64,000 nt of DNA, taken from NCBI GenBank assembly GCA_963737905.1, contig CAVTUQ010000026.1, positions 160,001-224,000 on the forward strand. Reading direction: 5' to 3'. The notes beneath the pieces were generated by a model. It was not told the origin of the DNA, searched no databases, and saw only the letters and a program-made list of their open reading frames with translations. The stretch is from an uncultured delta proteobacterium (GTDB lineage Bacteria; Desulfobacterota; Binatia; UBA9968). The position numbers and the translations under genes were made by a program. How positions within the stretch are numbered: the first letter of the stretch is position 1; each line of letters opens with the position of its first letter. This document shows positions 29,086 to 38,600 of this stretch, one piece after another.

Positions 29086-32000
29086 TTGTCCGCCGATGAC
29101 AAAATAGAAAGAGTCGAATCTTCCAAAGGCTCGATCGAGCATATTAGTAATGACCTGCGTTGTTTCCCGCTTTCCTACAGCCAGCAGAGACTCTGGTTCC
29201 TAGACCAGTTAGATCCACACCATCCTGTCTATAACATCTGTAAGGCGGAGCGCATCAAAGGCCGCCTCAATATTGAAGCCCTAGAATCGAGTCTTGCCAC
29301 GATTGTGCGGCGCCACGCAATTCTAAGGACTAGTTTTCCCAGCATCGACGGGGAACCAGTTCAGAGCATCGACGGAGATGCGCGAATAACACTGCTGCGG
29401 GTCGAACTCAGTCGATTCTCAAACGCTCAGAAGCAATATGAACTGGAACGGTTAATTAGCCATGAAGCGCGCGCTGGGTTCGACTTGGCCCAAGGCCCTT
29501 TATTGCGAGCCAGCCTGCTGATTTTGGATGCCGAGGAGTTTGTTTGGCTTTTTGCGGTTCACCAGATAATTTGGGATGGTTGGTCTTTCAAAGTTTTTTA
29601 TCGAGAGTTGGCGATTCTTTACGATGCGGTCGCTTCCGGCAGAACCGCGGCGCTTCCTGAACTTCCATTGCAATACGGGGATTACGCAATTTCGCAACGC
29701 GACGAAAATCGGGGAGAGCGGCTGGACTCTGAGCTCTCGTTTTGGCGGCAACGGCTCACCCAGAGTTCTCATCAACTGTTGCTTCCCACCGATCATCCCA
29801 GACCTCCTCGGCAAACTTATCTCGGGGTGAGGCGATCGGTTGTCCTGTCGGATTCCCTGAACAAGGGACTCAAGGAGTTGAGCCGGCGACAGGACACGAC
29901 TTTGTTTATGACTTTGTTGGCGGCTTTCGTCACGCTACTCCACCGTTATTCCGGACAGCCTGAAGTCGTCGTAGGTTGCCCTTTTGCCAATCGACAGCAT
30001 CCAGAGATAGAGAATCTGATTGGATCGTTTGTTAACACATTGGCGCTGAACACAACCGTTGTCGGAAATTCATCATTCACGGAACTTCTATCCGGGGTGC
30101 GGTCAATGTGTTTGGCGGCCTTGGCTCATCAAGACTTGCCCTTTGAGAGATTGGTGGAGGAACTGCAGCCCGAGCGGAAGTTGAATCATAATCCAATCTT
30201 TCAAACGTTCTTCGCGTTTCAGAATACCGCGTTGCCAAATTTATCGCTGCCGGGTCTGCACACGGAACCCATTGAGATAAACACGGGCACTTCGAAGTTT
30301 GACTTGACTCTTTCGCTAGCGGAACGTCACGGACGATTAACCGGCTTTTTCGAATACAGCACAGACTTATTTGAGCCGGCAAGAATCGAGCGGATGGCCG
30401 GGCACTTTGAAACTTTGCTAAAAAGTATTGTCGCCGATCCAAATCAGCCAATCTCAACAATCTCGATTCTCACCGAAGGTGAGCGTCAACAATTGTTGAT
30501 GGAGTGGAACGACACGGCCGCCGACTACCCCAAAGACTCCTGCATCCACGAGCTGTTTGAAGCCCAGGTTGAAAGGACACCGGAGGCCATTGCGGTCCAG
30601 TTCGAAGGAAAGCAGCTGACGTACCGGGAGCTAAATAGTCGGGCCAATCAGCTAGCGCATTACTTACAAGGACTTGGAGTCGGTCCAGAGAAGTTGGTTG
30701 GTATTTGCATCGAGCGGTCTTTGGAGATGGTTGTCGGATTATTAGGGATTCTCAAGGTCGGTGGCGCGTATGTGCCGCTCGATCCGGCGTATCCGCGAGA
30801 GCGGCTGGAATTCATGCTGACCGATGCACAGGTAGCGGTTCTGTTAACGCAGGAGGGCATCGTCGAGGATAGAGGATTGAGGATAGACGATGGCGACCCT
30901 CGATCGTCAATCCTCGATTCTCAGATGAAAGTGGTTCGTCTAGATCGAGACTGGAAAGAGATAGCAAGAGGAAGCGAAGAAAGCGCAGCAAGTAATGGGA
31001 CAGCGGAGAATTCAGCTTACGTCATCTACACATCGGGCTCAACGGGACAACCTAAAGGCGTTCAGGTTGCGCACCGCTCGGTCGTTAACTGTTTGCATGC
31101 GATCGGCCGGCAAGTGGAGCTGAAGGACAGCGATGTGTTCCTCGCGGTCACGACGATCTCTTTCGATATCGCGGCGCTGGAAATGTTTCTGCCATTGATG
31201 ACGGGGGCCAAGCTGGTCTTGGCGATGCGGTTTGAAGCCATTGACGAAGATGCGCTGCATTGTCGATTGACCGAGTCCGCGGCGACGGTCATGCAAGCGA
31301 CGCCTTCGACTTGGAAGCTTCTGCTCGATACCGGCTGGCATGGCAGCGAGAGTTTCAAGGTTCTCTGCGGCGGTGAAGCTTTGTCTCGCGAGTTGGCGAG
31401 TCAGTTGTTAAAGGGCGGCGCTTCAGTGTGGAATCTTTACGGACCGACGGAGACGACGATCTGGTCGACGATTCACAGAGTCGAACCGGGCGAAGGGCCA
31501 GTATCGATTGGCCGCCCGATTGCCAATACGCAGGTCTACATTCTTGACAACCATTTACAGCCGGTGGCGGTCGGTGTGGATGGTGAGCTTTTCATCGGCG
31601 GCGACGGCGTGGCACGGGGATATCTAAATCGACCGGAACTAACGGCAGAAACATTTATTCGAAATCCATTTCGCGATTATTCTGAGTCGTGCCTCTACCG
31701 AACCGGAGACCGCGCGCGCTTCCGAGCTGACGGAAACATCGAGTTCATGGGACGCGCAGACAATCAAGTAAAGATCCGTGGTTACCGAATCGAGCTGGGC
31801 GAGATTGAGAATGTTCTGAGTCATCATGCGGCGGTGAGAGAATGCGCGGTCGTCGCTTTCAATAAACCTGTGTCCGACTCCGATAATCGAGAATCCAAAA
31901 TCGAAAATCCAAAATCACTGGTCGCCTACATCGTGCGCATCGCTCGGATGCCTTCTGTTACTGACCTTCGAAACTTTTTAAGAGAAAAGCTTCCTGCACA

Positions 32001-35000
32001 CATGGTTCCGTCCGCGTTCGTGGAGTTGGACGCCTTACCCCTAACCCCTAACGGAAAACTTGACCGCAACGCACTTCCCCCGCCCGATGGAACAAGACCA
32101 AAGATCGACGCGGGTTATGTAGCTCCCCGGACGGAGATTGAAGAGCTGGTCGCACAGGAGTGGCGAGAGGTGCTGAAGGTTGAAAATGTTGGGGTTTACG
32201 ACAATTTCTTTGATCTCGGCGGCCATTCGCTGCTTGCCACGCGTGTCATCGCGCGACTGCGAAGGACTTTTAGCGTCGCCATTGCGCTGCGGGAGTTGTT
32301 CGAATTGCCAACCGTAGCGGGATTGGCAGAGCACATCGATTTCCTACGGCGCAGCGGCTCCACCGTGACCTTGACGCCTATTGTTCCGGTAGAGCGAAAC
32401 CAGGCTTTGCCTTTGTCATTTTCCCAGCGTCGTCTTTGGTACCTGCAGAAAGTTGCCCCGAATCTGTCAGCCTACAATATCCCTGGCGCGTTCCGCATCA
32501 AGGGTAGTCTTGATTGCGCGGCACTCGAGCAGGCGTTCAGTGAGATGATCGCTCGGCACGATGTGTTGCGCTCGTGCATTCAGGAACGCGACGGACAACC
32601 ATGCCAGGTGATCGTTTCGAATATACGGATCGCGGTTCCACTTGTAGATCTCTCGCAGACGTCCCGTGAGCGAGCGGAAGCCGAGGCAACACGCCTGGCT
32701 GTCGAGGACGCGCGTCAGTGTTATGACCTTGAAAGCGCGCCACTGTTGCGAGCGAAACTCGTGAAGTTGGCTGACGACGATCATGTCGTCATACTCAATT
32801 TTCATCACATCATCGCGGATGGTTCATCACTGGCCGTGTTCTATAGAGAGGTTGCAGAACTCTATGAAGCTTTCCGGGTTGGAAGGGCATCGCCTCTGAT
32901 TCCACTGTCAATCCAGTATGCCGACTACACCGTGTGGCAGCATGAGTGGCTCCGGTCAACGGCTTTCGACACGCAACTGAATTACTGGAAACACCAACTC
33001 GCGGCTTTACCGCCACCGCTCAATTTCCCGACCGATTTCGAGCGCCGCGCCGCGCAAACTTATCGAGGCGCACGATCGACAAGACCATTAACCCGCGACG
33101 TTACTCTAGCCCTGAAAAGTTTCAGCAGGCAGCAGGGCGTAACCTTATTCATGACCTTGTTCGCTACCTTTAACATTCTGCTTTCACGGCTCAGTGGTCA
33201 GACTGACATTGTTATCGGTTCCACAGTCGCGGGGCGCAATCGTCCAGAGATTGATGGTCTAATCGGGTTTTTCATCAATGCCCTTCCCTTGCGTACCGAC
33301 CTTTCCAGGAATCCAAGTTTCTTGACGCTACTTCAGCGGGTCCGTGAAGTCTGCCTCGATGCGTATACCAACCAGGAAGTGCCGTTTGACAAAATTGTCG
33401 AGGAGGTCGGACCGCAGCGCGAGCAGGGACATAATCCTATTTTCGACATCCTATTCAATATCGCTGACACTTCGGAGCGCGTGCTTGCGTTACCAGGGTG
33501 TGAAGTAAGCAAACTTTCACAGGCTGCGCCTGGGGCTAAGTTTGACATTGTGCTCCAGGCGCCGGAGATTGATGGAAAAATTGAGCTGGCTATCGTTTAC
33601 AACGCCGACCTTTTCGGCGAGAGCCGTATCGTCACGTTACTAGAACAATTCGATGCTCTATTATCGCAGATCGTGAATAATCCTGGGCGAACGATCGATC
33701 AGTGTACACTCCTCACGCCGAGCGCACGGGCAGTTCTTCCCAACCCTACGGAAATTCTAGACGATACATGGGAAGGTGCGATTCACGAACTTCTCGCCGA
33801 ACAGGCGCGTCGTTGCCCCTTGAAGCTAGCGATTGTCGAACCCGAACAAACATGGACGTATCGGGAACTGGACCAGTGTGCCAATCAGTTAGCAAATAGT
33901 CTCGTTTCTTCAGGCATCCAGTCGAAAGATATTGTCGCCATCTACGCCCATCGCAGCTCGGCTCTCGTGCTGACGATATTTGGAGCACTAAAGGCGGGAG
34001 CGGCATTTCTGATTCTCGACCCGGCCTATCCTGCTCAACGACTGGCGGATTACCTGCAAATCGCTCAACCCAACGGGTGGATCCAGCTCGACGGAGATAG
34101 AGAGTTGCCACAGGAACTCATGAGTTATCTCGATAGTTTAACTTTGCGTTGCCGGATTGACATTCCACGCCAAAAACAAGAGATTTTCGAGCGGCTGTCC
34201 GAGTCCACCGAAAAAGAACCAAAAATGAATGTAAGAGCGAATGATCTCGCTTATGTTGCATTTACATCGGGTTCTACAGGACAACCAAAGGGCGTGCTCA
34301 GTTGTCACGGACCCATCACTCACTTTTTGCCGTGGCAGAAGGGCGCGTTTGACCTCAACGAAGCAGATCGCTTCGCGATGTTATCCGGACTCGCGTACAG
34401 CCATCTGCATCGCGATATATTTACCTCGGTGTTTCTTCGAGCGACACTCTATATTCCGAATCCGTTAGCCGCTCGTTCTCCAGATCGATTAGCTCAGTGG
34501 CTCGAGTCCAATGCCATCACAATTCTACACCTTACCCCTGCCCTTGGTCAGCTATTGTTAACTAGCGGTTCCAAGGGTTTTCCCTCGGTACGCCGAGTAT
34601 TTTTCGGTGGCGACGTATTGACGCATGGCGAAGTGGCACAGATCCGTGAGCTGATTCCGAATGCCAAAATTGGCAGTTTCTATGGCGCTACCGAGACCCA
34701 GCGGGCGGTGGGCTACTACGAGATCCCCGATGATCTTCCGTGCGATCGTATCGAGTCCACTAGGTCGGTCCCGTTGGGCCATGGTATTAAAGACGTACAA
34801 CTCTTGGTGCTCGACAAGAATTCGCGGTTGGCTGGTATCGGCGAGTTGGGCGAACTTTTTGTACGCAGTCCTCACCTAGCGGAGGGATATATCGGCGACG
34901 AAAGACGAACTGAAGAGGTATTTATCAGCAATCCGCTCACCAGTGATCCGAGTGATCGGCTCTACAGAACCGGTGAGATGGGACGATACTTGCCCGATGG

Positions 35001-35688
35001 AAACGTGGAATGGGTCGGACGAAGCGATCGCCGGGTAAATTTGCGCGGTTTCCGCGTGGAGTTGGAAGAAGTTGAAACGATTTTGAAGCAGCACCCTGCG
35101 GTTAGGGAAGTTGCAGTGGTCGTGCAAAATTACGAGGTGCCGATCTCTGAGAATCCAAAATCGAAAATCCAAAATCCAAAATGGGACAAGCGTTTGGTTG
35201 CCTACGTTGCCGCCGAAGAGGAGCAACAGAGTGTGGTTGACTTACTGCGTTCGTATGTGAGCAGCCGGCTTCCTGACTATATGGTGCCCGCGCATTTCGT
35301 GATCTTGGAGCGGTTGCCTCTCAGTCCGAACGGAAAGGTGGATTTTCGCGCGCTCCCACCCGTATCGCAGTTTTTGTCGAGTTCTTTAGGTTCGCCGGCT
35401 GTCCCGCGCAACCATATAGAAGAAAAACTGTGTACAATCTTCGCCCAAGTGCTTGGCCGGCAGCAAGTCGGTATCGATGAGGATTTCTTCCGCCTTGGTG
35501 GACACTCGTTATTGGCGGCGCAGGCTGCATTGCGCGTAAGAGATGCCTTCGGTGTTGCGCTTGAGCTGCGCGCGTTTCTTGAATCGCCCACGGTCATGGC
35601 CCTGGCCAAACAGGTCGAATCTATCGTTCCAGCTGGACAGGCGACCTCGGAATCGGATAAAGACGAGCGCGAGGAGTTCGAAATATAA
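29086..35688 (+). CDS. NRPS, C-A-T-C-A-T
   Basis: LSYSQQRLWF; C motifs HQIIWDG and HHIIADG; two A domains (YTSGSTGQPKG, FTSGSTGQPKG); two GGHSL PCPs. Confidence 0.95.
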   Translation: MSADDKIERVESSKGSIEHISNDLRCFPLSYSQQRLWFLDQLDPHHPVYNICKAERIKGRLNIEALESSLATIVRRHAILRTSFPSIDGEPVQSIDGDARITLLRVELSRFSNAQKQYELERLISHEARAGFDLAQGPLLRASLLILDAEEFVWLFAVHQIIWDGWSFKVFYRELAILYDAVASGRTAALPELPLQYGDYAISQRDENRGERLDSELSFWRQRLTQSSHQLLLPTDHPRPPRQTYLGVRRSVVLSDSLNKGLKELSRRQDTTLFMTLLAAFVTLLHRYSGQPEVVVGCPFANRQHPEIENLIGSFVNTLALNTTVVGNSSFTELLSGVRSMCLAALAHQDLPFERLVEELQPERKLNHNPIFQTFFAFQNTALPNLSLPGLHTEPIEINTGTSKFDLTLSLAERHGRLTGFFEYSTDLFEPARIERMAGHFETLLKSIVADPNQPISTISILTEGERQQLLMEWNDTAADYPKDSCIHELFEAQVERTPEAIAVQFEGKQLTYRELNSRANQLAHYLQGLGVGPEKLVGICIERSLEMVVGLLGILKVGGAYVPLDPAYPRERLEFMLTDAQVAVLLTQEGIVEDRGLRIDDGDPRSSILDSQMKVVRLDRDWKEIARGSEESAASNGTAENSAYVIYTSGSTGQPKGVQVAHRSVVNCLHAIGRQVELKDSDVFLAVTTISFDIAALEMFLPLMTGAKLVLAMRFEAIDEDALHCRLTESAATVMQATPSTWKLLLDTGWHGSESFKVLCGGEALSRELASQLLKGGASVWNLYGPTETTIWSTIHRVEPGEGPVSIGRPIANTQVYILDNHLQPVAVGVDGELFIGGDGVARGYLNRPELTAETFIRNPFRDYSESCLYRTGDRARFRADGNIEFMGRADNQVKIRGYRIELGEIENVLSHHAAVRECAVVAFNKPVSDSDNRESKIENPKSLVAYIVRIARMPSVTDLRNFLREKLPAHMVPSAFVELDALPLTPNGKLDRNALPPPDGTRPKIDAGYVAPRTEIEELVAQEWREVLKVENVGVYDNFFDLGGHSLLATRVIARLRRTFSVAIALRELFELPTVAGLAEHIDFLRRSGSTVTLTPIVPVERNQALPLSFSQRRLWYLQKVAPNLSAYNIPGAFRIKGSLDCAALEQAFSEMIARHDVLRSCIQERDGQPCQVIVSNIRIAVPLVDLSQTSRERAEAEATRLAVEDARQCYDLESAPLLRAKLVKLADDDHVVILNFHHIIADGSSLAVFYREVAELYEAFRVGRASPLIPLSIQYADYTVWQHEWLRSTAFDTQLNYWKHQLAALPPPLNFPTDFERRAAQTYRGARSTRPLTRDVTLALKSFSRQQGVTLFMTLFATFNILLSRLSGQTDIVIGSTVAGRNRPEIDGLIGFFINALPLRTDLSRNPSFLTLLQRVREVCLDAYTNQEVPFDKIVEEVGPQREQGHNPIFDILFNIADTSERVLALPGCEVSKLSQAAPGAKFDIVLQAPEIDGKIELAIVYNADLFGESRIVTLLEQFDALLSQIVNNPGRTIDQCTLLTPSARAVLPNPTEILDDTWEGAIHELLAEQARRCPLKLAIVEPEQTWTYRELDQCANQLANSLVSSGIQSKDIVAIYAHRSSALVLTIFGALKAGAAFLILDPAYPAQRLADYLQIAQPNGWIQLDGDRELPQELMSYLDSLTLRCRIDIPRQKQEIFERLSESTEKEPKMNVRANDLAYVAFTSGSTGQPKGVLSCHGPITHFLPWQKGAFDLNEADRFAMLSGLAYSHLHRDIFTSVFLRATLYIPNPLAARSPDRLAQWLESNAITILHLTPALGQLLLTSGSKGFPSVRRVFFGGDVLTHGEVAQIRELIPNAKIGSFYGATETQRAVGYYEIPDDLPCDRIESTRSVPLGHGIKDVQLLVLDKNSRLAGIGELGELFVRSPHLAEGYIGDERRTEEVFISNPLTSDPSDRLYRTGEMGRYLPDGNVEWVGRSDRRVNLRGFRVELEEVETILKQHPAVREVAVVVQNYEVPISENPKSKIQNPKWDKRLVAYVAAEEEQQSVVDLLRSYVSSRLPDYMVPAHFVILERLPLSPNGKVDFRALPPVSQFLSSSLGSPAVPRNHIEEKLCTIFAQVLGRQQVGIDEDFFRLGGHSLLAAQAALRVRDAFGVALELRAFLESPTVMALAKQVESIVPAGQATSESDKDEREEFEI

Positions 35689-38600
35689 ACATCGCCGACT
35701 TGTTTTCCTATTTGAAAAGCCTGGATGTTCGGTTAAACGCCGAAGGGGACCGTCTTCGTGTCAATGCGCCCAAGGGATCAATCACTGACGATCTTCGTGC
35801 AGAGATCGCCGAACGCAAGCCGGAGATTCTCGCGTTTCTTCGCCTTCAGGCGCCTTCCAAACTCCTCATCCTTTCTCCCATTCCGCGCCGGTCAACCAAT
35901 GAACCGACACCTTTGTCGTTCGCCCAGGAGCGGCTCTGGTTCCTAGAACAATTGGAGCCGGGGAATTCCAGCTATAATATCTGTCGCGCTTCTCGCCTGA
36001 CCGGACGTTTGAACATCGCCGCGTTAGAAGCAAGTCTAACTGAAATCGTGCGGCGGCACGAAGTGCTGCGAACCGCGTTTCAGGTATTCGACGGTCGGCC
36101 AGTACAGGTCACAGTGCCCACGGCGCAGATCGAGTTGCCACTTACCGGACTAGGTCCGTTGACGGAAACTCGGCAGGAGGAAGAAGTACAACGTCGAATC
36201 AAACAAGAAGCGGAGCGCCTGTTCGATTTCTCAGCGGGTCTATGTCTAAGGGGTAAGTTGCTCCGGCTCGGAGACGAGGATCACATTCTGATCCTCACGA
36301 CGCATCACATTATATCCGATGCGTGGTCGATGGGGATTCTGACGCGCGAACTGTGGACACTTTATAAGGCATACGCGTTGGGTGAACCGTCCCCGTTAGA
36401 AGAAAATCCGATTCAATATGCGGATTATGCGATCTGGCAACGAGAGTGGTTGCAAGGTGATGTGCTCGAATCGCAACTCTCATATTGGAAGAAACAACTT
36501 GACGGAATTCCGATTCTCAATCTTCCCACCGACCGGTCCCGGCCCATACGGCAGAGTTTCCTTGGAGCCAGAGTTCAGATAACTTTACCGCAGTCTCTGA
36601 CGGCGAGGATCAATGAATTGAGCAACCAGTGCGGCGTTACTCCATTCATGACTCTGCTCGCGGCGTTTCAGCTGCTGCTCTATCGGTACTGCGGGCAAGA
36701 AGATGTCGTCGTTGGCTCGCCTATCGCGAACCGCAGTCGCGCTGAAATCGAGTCATTGATCGGTTTTTTCGTGAACACGCTGGTTCTGCGCACCGACCTG
36801 TCTGGGAATCTAACATTTAAAGAGTTGCTCCTACGTGTTCGAGATGTTTGTCTCGACGCTTATGCGCATCAGGATCTGCCTTTCGAGAAATTGGTTGAGG
36901 AACTAAAGCCTGAGCGAGATATGAGCCGCAACCCGTTGTTCCAGGTGATGTTCGTTCTACAAAATACACCGCGGCTGTTGCCCCAATCTTCCGGACTCAG
37001 CATCGAGCGAATAGACATAGAGACTGAGACATCAGCATTTGATTTGTCCCTTTATCTCAGGGAACGAGATGGGAGGCTAATAGGTTTTTTCGAGTTCAAC
37101 ACCGATTTGGTCGATCGCTCAACCGTAGAGCGGATGATTGGCCACTTTCAAACGCTGCTGGAAGCCATCGTCGCCAATCCAGGTGATCTGATTTCAACCT
37201 TGCCTCTCCTTACTGAGGGTGAGCGGCATCAGCTGTTGGTAGAGTGGAACGACACTCACGCCGAATACCCCAAAGACAAGTGCATACATGAATTATTTGA
37301 AGCCCAGGTTGAGCGGACCCCTGAATCGATTGCACTAGAGTTCGAGGGAAAACAATTAACCTACCGGGAGCTAAACATCCGCGCCAATCAACTTGCTCAT
37401 TACTTACATGGGCTGGGAGTAGGGCCAGAGAAATTGGTGGGGATCTGCGTGGAGCGATCGTTGGAAATGGTGATTGGATTGTTGGGGATTTTGAAAGCTG
37501 GCGGTGCCTACGTGCCTTTGGATCCTACTTATCCGAAGGACCGTTTGGCGTTCATGTTAGAAGATGCGCGGGTCTCGGTGTTGTTGACTCAAAAACCACT
37601 CGTTCCATATCTCCCTCGCAATAGGGCGTCGCTAATTTATCTGGAGGATTTGAAACCCGCGAATCACCAGAACAAAGAGAACATCGAAAGCGGTGCTAAG
37701 CCCGACAGCGCTGCTTACGTGATATACACCTCGGGCTCGACAGGCACTCCCAAAGGAGTGATTGGACTCCATCAAGGAGCAACCAATCGCTTTGCCTGGA
37801 TGTGGAGGACGTTTCCATTTGAGTCAGATGAAACAGGTTGTATAAAAACTTCTCTAAGTTTTGTCGATTCGGTATGGGAAGTGTTCGGGACGCTTCTTCG
37901 AGGAATTCCGACAACGATTATACCGGGGGATGTTGTTCGGGATCCTGAACGTCTGATCAGAATGCTTGGAGAGAAGCATGTTACCCGTATCGTCCTTGTT
38001 CCATCGCTGCTTAGAGCTATGCTCGACGAGAACTCCGATTTGGATCGAAGATTACCGAATCTTAGAATCTGGACATGCAGTGGCGAATCTCTTCCCATCG
38101 AAACAGCGGAGTGTTTTCGCGCTTGTTTGCCGAACCGTACTCTATTGAACTTGTACGGCCCGTCCGAAGTCTCAGCCGACGTTACATGCCATAGCGTTCA
38201 GGGTTTAGCGCTACGAACGGTAAATCATGTGGGCCGGCCGATCAGCAACACGCAGGTATATATACTGGACTCCAACCTACAGCTCGTTCCCATTGGCGTA
38301 CACGGCGAACTGTGTATTAGTGGGGCCGGTTTGGCGCGCGGCTATCTCAATAGAGCAGAACTGACGGCGGAGCGGTTTGTTGCAAATCCATTTGCAGTCG
38401 AGCCGGGCGTTAGACTTTTTCAAACAGGAGACATTGCCCGATACGCCTCCGATGGAGAAATCGAGTTCTTGGGCCGAAGCGATCGCCAAATTAAGATCCG
38501 TGGCTATCGAGTTGAGTTGGGTGAAATTGAAGTCACCTTAAAGCAACACCCCCTCCTGAAAGACTGCGTAATCGAAGTTCCGCAGTGCGGACCGTCGGAT

